Below are positions 48,464 through 59,300 of a DNA stretch of 64,000 bases, piece after piece; within the stretch, counting starts at the first letter, position 1; every line of letters starts with the position of its first letter. The position numbers were made by a program, and so were the translations under genes. The notes below the pieces were generated by a model. That model was not told the origin of the DNA. It worked only from the letters and a program-made list of their open reading frames with translations, and made no database searches. Location of the stretch: contig JAPLFL010000101.1 of NCBI GenBank assembly GCA_026390695.1, positions 3,674 to 67,673 of the forward strand, in the 5' to 3' direction. The stretch comes from Candidatus Kapaibacterium sp. GTDB lineage: Bacteria; Bacteroidota; Ignavibacteria; Kapaibacteriales; UBA2268.

Positions 48464-49072
48464 ATGCCTACAACAGATTTTTTACCATCACGTGATGGTG
48501 ATTTAGTCCCATGGACTGAAAATTTTATAACAATAGCTACTGCTAATCTTACTGTTCTTGGTCTTGTCACTGGCGATATGACCACTTTGACAACAAATAA
48601 AACAAATTATTCAACCGGTTTGAATAATGCAGTTGCTAAACAAGCCGAATCCAAAGCAGCTACGGATAATAAGAACATCAAAAGAAGTACTCTGTCTGCT
48701 AATATTCGCGATCTTGCACGTCAAATTCAAGCTCATCCGGGAGTTTCGGATAGTTTGAAGGTGCAGTTAGGGCTAAAACCTTCTGATCCAACTCCTACTC
48801 CTTCAATTCCACAAATTCCAACTGAATTAACATTAACAACAATATCGGGAGCATTGATTTCTTTAAAATGGAACCGAAATGGCAATTCTCAGGGAACAAT
48901 TTTTGTAGTTGAAGCTTCAGGTGTGCCTGATCATGCTTTTATGATCATTGATTCAACAACTAAAACTACTCTGGAAACTCCTTATCGCAATCCGACAGGT
49001 TCAACATTTTTCCGTGTTCGGGCTAAAAAGAATGATCAAACAAGTGATCCGAGCAATGTTATTGTGATTTAA
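48464..49072 (+). CDS. Hypothetical protein with a C-terminal FN3-like domain, a short paralog of 25856-26782 and 61146-62111.
   Basis: N-terminal LVPWTENFITIATANLTVLGLVTGDMTTL aligns with the LxxxAxxIxxxxTRDxTxFxxxGVxxGxI of the other two paralogs; FN3-like tail LKWNRNGNSQGTIFVVEAS...FFRVRAKK. Confidence 0.5.
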   Translation: MPTTDFLPSRDGDLVPWTENFITIATANLTVLGLVTGDMTTLTTNKTNYSTGLNNAVAKQAESKAATDNKNIKRSTLSANIRDLARQIQAHPGVSDSLKVQLGLKPSDPTPTPSIPQIPTELTLTTISGALISLKWNRNGNSQGTIFVVEASGVPDHAFMIIDSTTKTTLETPYRNPTGSTFFRVRAKKNDQTSDPSNVIVI

Positions 49073-49084
49073 ATATATAAAATT

Positions 49085-49250
49085 TCTGTCATTCCGAACG
49101 GAGTGAGGAATCCAGGAGGAGATATTTATGAAAAAAAGGTATGTTTACATATTGGCATCCCCAAAAAATGGCTTTAATTGAGGAAATGAATCCATTATGG
49201 AAAGATTTGAGTAAATGATGGTATTTGGATTCCTCACTTCGTTCGGATTG
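49085..49250. repeat. MITE-like element with ~24-bp inverted termini (GTCATTCCGAACGGAGTGAGGAATCC / GGATTCCTCACTTCGTTCGGATTGAC), a variant of the GTCATTCC family.
   Basis: Direct reading of both arms. Confidence 0.7.
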
Positions 49251-49332
49251 ACGGAATTTCCCTTCAGTCAGGATTTCATTCTGACTGGAAATGGAATAAT
49301 CAAAATAATATTTGATCTAATGGAGATAAGTT

Positions 49333-51768
49333 ATGAGATATTTTGGAAAATTTAATAGCAGATTGTTATCAATTATGATAATATTTTTTCTAAATATTAT
49401 CTCAATATATTCTATAAATTATAATGATTCATTATTCTTCTACTGGAGCTTTGACGATAGTACTGCAAAGGATTTCAGCGGGAATGGATTTCACGGCACA
49501 ATTGTCAATAATCCAATACCAGTTAATGGAATCAGTGGTTCATGTTTCTATTTCAACGGTAAAGGTAATTATATTACTCCAACAGGAGCAAATACCGATA
49601 TTGGCGATTTTATTTCTTTGCCGAGAATTCCTCTTGAGAAGTTGAATAAATTTACTATTTCTTTGTGGGTAGATGAAATTGATTTCTCGGCTGGTGGTGG
49701 AGAGGCATATATTTTCCTTGGTGCTTGTTATAAACATTGGGCTGGAATAATGCATTCTGGAAAATATCCGGATTTTACTAAAAATGTAAAGTTTGCTACA
49801 AATGCGGTTAAAGATGAACCTCAAGAGTGTATATATATTCCTTTCGATAATAATAACAATAGAAATGCTTGGATGTTTTATGTTCTTGTTTATGATAATG
49901 GCTTTATGGCTGCATATCGAAATGGAATTTTAATTGAAAAAAGATTTGCTTTACTTCAAATAGATGGAAATACCGCTGGTATAAATACTCATTGGTGGTT
50001 TATGGATACTGAAAGGCGTCAATCTGCCCAAATGACTGGAATGATAGATGAAGTAAAGATATATAAAATTGCTTTGCATGATTCGGATATTAAAAAAGAA
50101 TATGAAAAATTTACTGTAACTATTTCGGCTGATAAACAATATGTTTGCGAAGGTGATAAAGTTACTCTGACAGCTAAAAGCGGCTATTCAAAATATTTTT
50201 GGTCAACCGGAGAAACAACTAATCAGATAACGGTAACAAATACAAATTATGTCTGGTTGAAAGCATTGAGTCTGGCAGGGGATACTTTGTTTACGGATTA
50301 TATAATTACTATAGTTCCGCTTCCCCAGCCAACATTGATAGGAAAAACCGATATTTGTAATGGAAAGCTGGTTAATTTGTCTGTTGTTGGGAAATATAAA
50401 GAAGTTCGCTGGAGCAATGGCTCAACAGGAAATTCCACGCAAATAAGCTCTCCGGGCGCATATTCTGTTACAGTAACTAATGACTTTGATTGTAGTAAAA
50501 GTTTGGATTTTGTGGTAAATGCTCATGATGTCGCTCCTATAATAGATGGATCAGATGTTTTATGTGCGGAAGGAGAAAATAAATTAAGCGTTACAGAAGC
50601 ATTTTCTTCGTATAGTTGGACTAATGGCTCAACAAACAGAAGTATTTATGTCAATCAGCCCGGAATCTATTCTGTAATTGTAACTGATACATCCGGATGT
50701 ACAGGTGCAGCAACGATAAATGTTCGAGCTGCATCAAATGCATTAATTACACCACTGACAATTGATTTTTCTAATCAGATAATAAATACCAATGCGGAGT
50801 TTGAGACTTATTTAAGAAATATAATCGGATCGGATGTTCATATAATCTCAATTTCTACAAAAAGGAATCTAAATGAATATACAATTATATGTAATCCATC
50901 ACTGCCAGCAACTATCAGGAAAAACGATTCACTTCAGTTGAAAATTTTATTTAATCCTAATAGTTTTTCAAATTTTAATGATACGTTGATAATTGCTGTA
51001 GATGCACCTTGCCCGAATATTTATAAGATTCCGATATTTGCAAAATCATACTCAGCAACAGTTTTCTTTCCGGATACAGTTTCAAAGCCATCTTCGGATA
51101 ATTTTTCTATTCCGTTATATCTATCGATTGCTTATGATTCATCTGTTTCTTCGCCGATTTCAAATTGTAAAGGATATTATATTAAATTTCATTTCAATCA
51201 AATGGCATTTATTCCTTCGGAAATTCAGCGGAATCTGATAATAACAAAGAACATCGACGGACAAACCAGAATTATCGAAATGAGCACAGACACTTGTAAT
51301 CAATATATTCCAGCAAATGATTTCGGAGCAAATTATATTATCGGATTTTTAGATGGTAATGTAGTTTTTTCTGATGTTAAATATACACCGATTGTTATTG
51401 ATAGTTTTTATTGGCATGAGAATAATTTAATAACTTCAAAACGCGATGGCTCACTGCGGATTCTGTCAGTCTGTGCAGAGCAAGTGTTAAAATTTGAGAT
51501 AGGAGGAATAAATAATTTTTCCATAATAAATGTATCGTATAAAATTGAGATTGAAATTCAAACCAAGGAAGGTGGGGAGTTTAATTGGGGGATTTATGAT
51601 TTACTTGGAAATATGATAAAATCTGATAGATTGTTTATTGATAAGTCCGAAACTTATAATAAATATAGTAAATCAGTGAATATTGAGGAATTAGCATCAG
51701 GAACGTATATAATTCAGATAAAATCTGCAGTGGATGTATATAGGAAGCCGATATTAATTAATCATTAA
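49333..51768 (+). CDS. Secreted protein with an N-terminal LamG-like domain, Ig-like repeats and a T9SS C-terminal sorting domain.
   Basis: LFFYWSFDDSTAKDFSGNGFHGT ... GMIDEVKIYKIAL (LamG_3); repeated ~80-aa Cys-containing Ig modules; CTD-like C-terminus (GTYIIQIKSAVDVYRKPILI). Confidence 0.65.
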   Translation: MRYFGKFNSRLLSIMIIFFLNIISIYSINYNDSLFFYWSFDDSTAKDFSGNGFHGTIVNNPIPVNGISGSCFYFNGKGNYITPTGANTDIGDFISLPRIPLEKLNKFTISLWVDEIDFSAGGGEAYIFLGACYKHWAGIMHSGKYPDFTKNVKFATNAVKDEPQECIYIPFDNNNNRNAWMFYVLVYDNGFMAAYRNGILIEKRFALLQIDGNTAGINTHWWFMDTERRQSAQMTGMIDEVKIYKIALHDSDIKKEYEKFTVTISADKQYVCEGDKVTLTAKSGYSKYFWSTGETTNQITVTNTNYVWLKALSLAGDTLFTDYIITIVPLPQPTLIGKTDICNGKLVNLSVVGKYKEVRWSNGSTGNSTQISSPGAYSVTVTNDFDCSKSLDFVVNAHDVAPIIDGSDVLCAEGENKLSVTEAFSSYSWTNGSTNRSIYVNQPGIYSVIVTDTSGCTGAATINVRAASNALITPLTIDFSNQIINTNAEFETYLRNIIGSDVHIISISTKRNLNEYTIICNPSLPATIRKNDSLQLKILFNPNSFSNFNDTLIIAVDAPCPNIYKIPIFAKSYSATVFFPDTVSKPSSDNFSIPLYLSIAYDSSVSSPISNCKGYYIKFHFNQMAFIPSEIQRNLIITKNIDGQTRIIEMSTDTCNQYIPANDFGANYIIGFLDGNVVFSDVKYTPIVIDSFYWHENNLITSKRDGSLRILSVCAEQVLKFEIGGINNFSIINVSYKIEIEIQTKEGGEFNWGIYDLLGNMIKSDRLFIDKSETYNKYSKSVNIEELASGTYIIQIKSAVDVYRKPILINH

Positions 51769-51902
51769 GAATGAATAAGGCATTCTATATGTTAAGTAAA
51801 TAAAAAGGAACATGCAAACATTGTAAGAAGACTGAAGTAAAATACACATTAAATTCATAAAATTTCCGTAATTTTGATGTTTTACAATTTTGAATAGCCC
51901 AA

Positions 51903-52892
51903 ATGGCAATTACATATAAAGATTCCGGTGTTGATATAGCCGCAGGCGAGCTTTTAGTTGATAAAATCAAACCAATGGTTCGTTCCACATTCAATAAAAA
52001 CGTACTCACAGATATTGGCCTTTTCGGAGGATTTTATGATGCAAAATTTGATGGGTATGAGCATCCAATACTTGTTGCCTCTACCGATGGTGTTGGAACA
52101 AAGCTTAAAATTGCAGTGGCAGCCAATAAACACAATACCGTAGGGCAATGCCTTGTTAATCACTGTGTGAATGACATATTGTGTTGCGGAGCGCGTCCAC
52201 TCTTCTTTTTGGACTATTTTGCAACCGGTAAACTCAATCCCGATGTTACCTCTTCGGTTATCGAAGGATTTACAATTGCCTGCCGCGAAAACTCATGCGC
52301 TCTGATTGGTGGCGAAACCGCAGAGATGCCTTCTATGTACAATGATGGCGAGTATGACATGTCAGGTACGATTATCGGTGTTGTAGAAAAGAATAAAATT
52401 ATTAACGGTAAAAATATAGCTGCCGGTGATGTTCTGATTGGACTGCGCTCAAGTGGTCTGCATACAAATGGCTATTCATTGGCACGGGCTGTACTTCTAA
52501 ATAAATTTAAGGTTGATGATTACATACCCGAAATTTCAGGAACTCTTGCTGACTCTCTTCTTGCCATACATCGTTCCTATTTGAATATTATAACTCCACT
52601 TCTCAATCAACAGCTTCTGAATGGGATTTCTCACATAACAGGTGGTGGGATTATAGGTAACACAAAACGAATTATGCCGAAAGATCGCCAATTATCAATA
52701 GACTGGCAATCATGGCAGATTCCACCTATATTTAATTTAATTCAAAATATTGGCGATGTCCCGACTGAAGATATGAGATCAGCCATGAATCTTGGTATTG
52801 GCTTGATACTTGTTGTCTCCAAAAATAAGGCGGATTCCGTAATTAGCGCATTAGGAGCTGAAAATCCGATTGTGATAGGTGAAGTGAAATAA
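51903..52892 (+). CDS. purM: Phosphoribosylformylglycinamidine cyclo-ligase (AIR synthetase).
   Basis: N-terminal MAITYKDSGVDIAAGE, GGFYDA and STDGVGTK blocks typical of PurM. Confidence 0.9.
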   Translation: MAITYKDSGVDIAAGELLVDKIKPMVRSTFNKNVLTDIGLFGGFYDAKFDGYEHPILVASTDGVGTKLKIAVAANKHNTVGQCLVNHCVNDILCCGARPLFFLDYFATGKLNPDVTSSVIEGFTIACRENSCALIGGETAEMPSMYNDGEYDMSGTIIGVVEKNKIINGKNIAAGDVLIGLRSSGLHTNGYSLARAVLLNKFKVDDYIPEISGTLADSLLAIHRSYLNIITPLLNQQLLNGISHITGGGIIGNTKRIMPKDRQLSIDWQSWQIPPIFNLIQNIGDVPTEDMRSAMNLGIGLILVVSKNKADSVISALGAENPIVIGEVK

Positions 52893-52915
52893 GTTGAAAG
52901 TTAATTAGGAACAAC

Positions 52916-54181
52916 TTATTTTTTCTCTATCTTGTCAAATCCAGTGTATTTTCTGAGTGGTTCAGGTACAATTAGAGTGCCGTCTTCTTGAATATAATTC
53001 TCTAAAATAGCCACCATCATACGAGGAGTTGCAAGCCCGCTTCCATTCAGGGTGTGAACGTATTCTGGCTTTGATTGGGAAGTCTCCTTGTATCTAATAT
53101 TTGCCCGCCATGCTTGAAAATCAATAAAATTGGAACAGCTCGATACTTCTAACCATTTTTCATCAGCCGGTGACCAAACTTCAAGATCATAAGTCTTAGC
53201 ACTCGAAAAACTTGTATCTGCAGAGCAAAGTAAAATTACCCGATAATGTAGATTCAAGGACTGTAGCACTTCTTCAACGTCAGTTACTAATAATTCAAGC
53301 TCTTGGTATGATGTTTTAGGATTTGCAAATTTTACTAATTCTACTTTATTAAACTGATGAAGTCTGAGCAATCCTCGTGTTTCTTTGCCATAGCTGCCGG
53401 CTTCACGTCTAAAGCATGGAGAATATCCACATAATTTAATTGGTAACTCCTCTCCAACCAACATATCGCCGGAATGATAGTTTGTAAGGGGAACTTCAGC
53501 CGTTGGAATTAAGTATAGTTCATCTTTTTCGCAATAGTACATGTCTTCTGCCATTTTAGGGATCTGACCTGTCCCTTGCATGGCATTAGCTGAGACTATA
53601 AATGGAGAATACATCTCTTTATATCCGTGTTTTTCAGTATGAAAATTAATCATGTAATTAATTAATGCACGCTCAAGAGTGGCTCCCTTTCCTGTATAAT
53701 ATAAAAATCCGGAACCGGAAACTTTTGCTCCACGATCAAAATCAATAAGTCCTAATTCTTTGCAGATGCTAATATGATCACGTTTTACAGTTTGAACCAA
53801 AGGGTTGCCCCAGCGGCGAATTTCAGGATTATCTGACTCATTGCGACCAGTGGGAACACTCTCATCAAGCATATTAGGAATATAAAGAATTTTCTCGTCT
53901 AACTCGGCTTCTATTGCCCTAAGTTCATCATCAAGGCTCTTAATTTTATCAGAAACAATTTTCATTGAATTTATTTGCTCGGACGCATCAGCTTTTTCTT
54001 TTTTTAATCTGGCAATATCCTGAGATGCAACATTTCTCTGATTTTTTAAATATTCAACTTCAGTAATTATCGAGCGCCTTTTTTCATCAAGCTCAAGAAT
54101 TGCATCTATACTCGCTTTTTCATTTTTTCTAACAATATTCTCTCGTACAGCCTCGGGATTTTCCCGTAAGAATTTCAACAT
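52916..54181 (-). CDS. serS: Seryl-tRNA synthetase.
   Basis: N-terminal coiled-coil arm, class II aaRS motifs (FRREAGS..., GSGLATPR). Confidence 0.9.
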   Translation of the reverse strand: MLKFLRENPEAVRENIVRKNEKASIDAILELDEKRRSIITEVEYLKNQRNVASQDIARLKKEKADASEQINSMKIVSDKIKSLDDELRAIEAELDEKILYIPNMLDESVPTGRNESDNPEIRRWGNPLVQTVKRDHISICKELGLIDFDRGAKVSGSGFLYYTGKGATLERALINYMINFHTEKHGYKEMYSPFIVSANAMQGTGQIPKMAEDMYYCEKDELYLIPTAEVPLTNYHSGDMLVGEELPIKLCGYSPCFRREAGSYGKETRGLLRLHQFNKVELVKFANPKTSYQELELLVTDVEEVLQSLNLHYRVILLCSADTSFSSAKTYDLEVWSPADEKWLEVSSCSNFIDFQAWRANIRYKETSQSKPEYVHTLNGSGLATPRMMVAILENYIQEDGTLIVPEPLRKYTGFDKIEKK

Positions 54182-54199
54182 ATTTTTTCCTTAATTGAC

Positions 54200-56104
54200 T
54201 TATTTTGTTATTAGTAATTTTTTAATTAGAACTTCCGCGCCAACTGATAATTTAATAAAATAAACACTTGAATTTAAATCAGAAGTATTTAAATCAATAG
54301 TATTTTCTTCACCGCTTTGATTTGTGATATTAAAATATTTTTCAATAGTACCTATCTGATTCAATATTTCAATTTTACCATTTCCTGATAATTCCGAAGA
54401 AAAAATCAATTGAGTTTGTTCAGATGCAGGATTCGGTGACAAGCGCATTGATAGATTCGATGACAAACTAAAATTATCATTTACTCCTTTTGGGTCAGGA
54501 ATTCCTGTACCTTTAATAATTGTCGAAAATTTTCCACATTCGGCAGGAATACCATAATCAATTACTGCATTTTTGATTCCTTCTGTTAACGGTGAAAATT
54601 TAATGGAAAGATCAATTGCTTGCCCAATATCCAGTGTAGATGGTACTGTTCCGGTAAATGCAAAATCAGCGGCATCAGTGCCGGAAATTGTGGGTTTTAT
54701 AGTCAATTTTGCATTTGTCAGATTTTTTACGGACCCGGTTATCACTTTAGTTGATGATAATTTCACTTGAACATTTGTGAAATCATAAGATACAAGCGGT
54801 TGAACGTTGCAACCGATAACAAGATTAACACTGTTACTAATAGGACAAATGTTTGCAACATCGCCGACGAGTGAGAGATTGACGATATGCGATTGCCCGC
54901 TTATATTCCCGAAATTCCAAAGTCTGAGAGTCCGGGATTCTCCGGGATTGAGTGTGAATGGAGGTGCTGAACCGCCCCAGTCCTGAACAAATACTTCTTT
55001 ATCAATACTAAAATTCACACCAGTTATTGTATAGGGTAAATTTATTGCCTTAAAGCTAACTGTACGGATAGTATCGCCAACTCCGGTTTTTCCGAAAAGC
55101 ATGGATGGGACAGATGGTTTAAGATCTCCAATGCTGCTATCAGGAGCAATATAGGAGCCACTTTTTGCAACTGAAAGTATAGTATTATTTAAATTATAAT
55201 TTCTGGTCTTACTTGCTTGATCGCAACCAAAGGGTGCCTTCCAGACCAACTGGCAATAACTCCGCTCCTGCATTACTCCTGCAACCTGTCCGAAAACTGC
55301 ATTTATATCAGACCGAGTTGGAACAGGATAGTTATGTCCTCCGGAATATTTCAGAATTGAGCTCATATTGGCATTAATATTGTCAATCATGGTAACTTCA
55401 TTAATAATGGTTTTATTAGTATTTGCAGCTTTCCAGATATTCGTTATATCGGGCTCATTAAACAACTGATCGGGTTCTCCGTCGGTGATAAAAAGAATAT
55501 ATCTCGGCACATCAGGATCAGTGGCTGCCATTTTTGTAAAAACATTAGTAGAAGCACCAAGGAATGCTTTTGCAAAATTGGTTCCATAAGGAGAAACTTT
55601 TGCATTATTTACGAAATTAATCAGTGCAGCTTTATCGCTTGTAAAATCCATTCCAAGAGTATTTGTGGTATTGAAAGTAATAATTCCCATCTTAGTTTTA
55701 GGAACAAATTTAATAGAATCCAATATCCTTAATATTCCTTGTCTTGCCCATTCCATGCGGGCAATCCCTTCCGAACTGCCGCTCATTGATTGACTTATAT
55801 CCCAAATAATCATTATTTGGACTGGCATAGAATCTTTTTTCTCACTACAATCAACGCTGATATCAGATGCCGGAATTGGTCTGCCATTTTCGGTGATTGC
55901 GAAGTCTGCAGGGAAAAAATCATACTTGTCTCCGCCCGGAGACTTGCTGACGAAGCTCATTTTAACTATTGGAAATTGTGAATTATCCAATTGATAATAA
56001 TTAAAAAACTGAGCTGCTTTCAGATTACAAAAAATACTTATAAAAAATAAATAGGAAATGATTCCGAATCTTGCTTTCATGGCTATATTCCTGAATTTTA
56101 ACAA
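54200..56104 (-). CDS. Secreted von Willebrand factor A domain protein with a T9SS C-terminal sorting domain.
   Basis: Signal peptide; vWA MIDAS-like IWDISQSMSGSS ... ITDGEPD; CTD (LSPNPASEQTQLIF...YFIKL). Confidence 0.7.
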   Translation of the reverse strand: MLKFRNIAMKARFGIISYLFFISIFCNLKAAQFFNYYQLDNSQFPIVKMSFVSKSPGGDKYDFFPADFAITENGRPIPASDISVDCSEKKDSMPVQIMIIWDISQSMSGSSEGIARMEWARQGILRILDSIKFVPKTKMGIITFNTTNTLGMDFTSDKAALINFVNNAKVSPYGTNFAKAFLGASTNVFTKMAATDPDVPRYILFITDGEPDQLFNEPDITNIWKAANTNKTIINEVTMIDNINANMSSILKYSGGHNYPVPTRSDINAVFGQVAGVMQERSYCQLVWKAPFGCDQASKTRNYNLNNTILSVAKSGSYIAPDSSIGDLKPSVPSMLFGKTGVGDTIRTVSFKAINLPYTITGVNFSIDKEVFVQDWGGSAPPFTLNPGESRTLRLWNFGNISGQSHIVNLSLVGDVANICPISNSVNLVIGCNVQPLVSYDFTNVQVKLSSTKVITGSVKNLTNAKLTIKPTISGTDAADFAFTGTVPSTLDIGQAIDLSIKFSPLTEGIKNAVIDYGIPAECGKFSTIIKGTGIPDPKGVNDNFSLSSNLSMRLSPNPASEQTQLIFSSELSGNGKIEILNQIGTIEKYFNITNQSGEENTIDLNTSDLNSSVYFIKLSVGAEVLIKKLLITK

Positions 56105-56354
56105 TAACTTATATTTATATATTTAACTACCATTACAAAATTATGAAATATTTTGCAAAAATTAGAATACTTCTCAAAATATTTATTTATTATTGTCTTG
56201 AAATATCATGCACTCAGACTATTTTATAACTTAAAAAATCCAAAAATAGAAATCAAAGTTGAAAATTTTTATTTGCTTTCAATTACTTTTATTCTTATAT
56301 TTGAATTGTTCGTTTTATAATGAATATTTATTAATCATAAAGATTGGAGGCTTT

Positions 56355-59300
56355 ATGAGATCAAAAAGTATTGAAAAATCTGAATATAATTTTTTCAATT
56401 ATAATTCTAAACAATTATTAATAATAGCTGTTATCGCTATTATTTATTTTCTGACAACCTTCGTTACCTTTGTTTTTTCGAGTTCGCAAAATTTAATATC
56501 ACCAATTTGGCCTGCTGCTGGGATAGGACTTGCTGCACTTTTACTAAATCATCGGAAATTATGGCCAGCTCTAATAATTGCCATTTTCATTTCTGGGAAT
56601 ATTGCCAATATTATCTCTGGGAAGCCTTTAGTTGCAAGTTTTGGGTTTATGACTGCAAATATTTTAGAATCTTTATTAAGTGCTATTTTATTAACAAAAT
56701 TGGGAAACAAAACTGTTAAATTCGAAACATTAAAAGAAATTCTTTCGTTTTTTACAATCCCAACACTCGTTAATGCGCTTACTGCTTTAATAGGTGCTAC
56801 CACAGCTTATTTTGCTACAAATGGTACTTTTTTAGATATATGGTTTACATGGTGGGTAGCCGATGGTTTGGGGCTTTTAATAATTACGCCACTAATAATT
56901 TCATGGAGTGACTTTAGTAAATTAAAATCAATTTCCAGCAAACAGATAAAAGAAATTTTGATATTTCTGTTTATTTGGTGTCTTGCTACTTACATTTTTT
57001 TTCATGTCAATCTTCCTCGGCATTTCAAGCCTCAACCATTCTTTCTTGTTGCTTTGCTTGGATGGCCTTCCTTAAGAATGGGATTGAGGGTAATAACTTT
57101 ATCAATTCTTATCCTTGCATTTTCCGGTTTATCAAGCGATATGGTAATAAATGGTCCTCTGCTCTGGGGTGGTAATGATCTACAAACCAGAATTTTACTA
57201 TTTCAAATGTTTTTGGCAATAGTCACATCTTCAGTGATGTTATTAACAGTCAGCCACCTTGAGTTAAAATCTTCCAAAGAAAAGAGTGATGAAAAAAGTC
57301 TCCAGATCTCTGCTCTTAGTAATAATTTGCCAAATGGTATGGTGTTTCAGTTTTTGAAAGATTTTGACTCTAAAATGCGCTTTATTTATGTCAGTGAAGC
57401 AGCAAGACAATTGACCGGATTTGAACCCGATCAAATATTAGAAAATTCTCAATTAATGTTTGATCAAGTTCATCCCGATGATTTAGAGATAATTTACAAA
57501 GCTCAGAGAGAATCAGCTAAGAACCTTACAATTTTTAACGTTATTGTAAGATTTTATCATTTAAGTGGGGAGTTAAGATGGATGCAGATTTCATCCAAAC
57601 CTCGTAAACTTGACGATGGTAGAATTATCTGGGATGGGATTCAATTTGATATAAGTGATAGAATAAAAATCGAAAGAGAATTGGCTGAGAGTCAGAGTTT
57701 ATATAGTAACTTAGTTGAAACAGCCGATGATGTGATTTTATTAACTGATATGAATGGACGTCATATATTCAGAAACAAAGCTTATTATACGAGTTTAGGA
57801 TATAATGTTGGTGAGGAGCTTGAACCTGATGGTTATTCTCTTGTTCATCCTGATGATTTATCAATGATGCAGGATGCGGTTAAAGAATTAATAATTAATG
57901 GGAACTGTACTACTGAATACAGAGTAAAGCATAGAGATGGATATTGGATTAACAGATTATCCAAATCAAAAATAATTTATGATGAATTTGAGCAAGCGCA
58001 AACTATTTTGGCGATAATTCGTGATAATACCGAACTAAAAAGAAAAGAGAATATTACACATGCTCGTTTAAAACTTCTTGAACTTGCCAATAATTGCTCC
58101 TTAGATGAGCTGCTTACTGCTACTCTCGATGAAATTGAAAGATTAACAGAAAGCTCAATTGCTTTTTATCATTTTGTTGATAAAGACAAAAAAAATCTTT
58201 CTCTTCAGGCTTGGTCAACTAATACCTTGGCTACTTTATGTACTTCTGAACTTAATGGTGGTCATCTCCCTATTGATCTTGCTGGTGTATGGGTTGATTG
58301 TGTTAATCAAAGACAGCCGGTAATCCATAATGATTATTCTTCGCTTCCTTATAAAAAGGAATTTCCTGTTGGACATGCTTGTGTTACAAGAGAAATACTT
58401 ATACCAATTTTCAGGGGAGAATCAATAGTTGCAATTTTAGGAATAGGAAACAAACAAGTGAACTACACTCAAAGCGACCTTGATATTGCTCAACAAATAG
58501 GCGACCTATCGTGGGATATTGTTTCACGAAAAAGAACAGAAGATGAATTAGTCCAAAGAGAGACAAGTTTGAAATTCTCCCAAAAAGTTGCTCATGTCGG
58601 TAACTGGACTTGGAATATGATTTCAAATCGGTTAACATGGTCTGATGAATTATTTAATATATTTGACATTGATAAGGGTTCATTTGATGGTGATCTGGAT
58701 AAAGTTATTTCAAGCTCAATCCATCCTGATGACAGAGAAAAAGTAATTGAGTCAAATGCTTTGGCATTTAGCGAAACAAGTCCAAAACCATTAGAATATA
58801 GAATTATTACAAAAGACGATAAGGTTAAAAAAGTAATAGCTATTCCCGGGTCAAGAAAAGTTGATTCACAAGGAAAAGCGATAGAACTTTATGGTATCGT
58901 TCAAGATATCAGTGAACAAAAGAAAACGGAATTGGAACTTTCTCAAGCTAAAGATAAAGCTGAAAAGGCAGATCAGCAAAAAACAATATTTTTGCAAAAT
59001 CTTTCTCACGATATAAGAACTCCAATAAATGGAATTCTCGGATTTGCTCAATTACTCAAGGAAGAAAAATTAAATGATGAGGAACGATTTGAGTATGCTG
59101 ATATTATCATTGGAAGTGGGAATAGACTTCTTAATTTTATAAATAATATTTTAGATATTTCCAAAATAGAATCTAATAAGATGGAGATTCTTAATGAAGA
59201 ATTTAATTTAAATCAAATTCTGATTGATTTGCAGCGATTTAACAATATCTTTGCCAAGGAGAATGGAATCTCACTTAATCTATCTTGCCAATTACCTAAC

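Noticed and set aside
52893-52935. A hairpin AAGTTG...CAACTT after purM as a terminator.
   Set aside because: It overlaps the serS coding sequence on the opposite strand and has only a 6-bp stem, so the evidence is insufficient.
56259-56354. The ORF-track N-terminal extension of the MASE1-type kinase (MKIFICFQLLLFLY...).
   Set aside because: The region is AT-rich promoter-like sequence, and a GGAGG lies 5 nt before the internal ATG at 56355, so the extension is probably not translated. Likewise 22350-22391 for the cytochrome-like gene.
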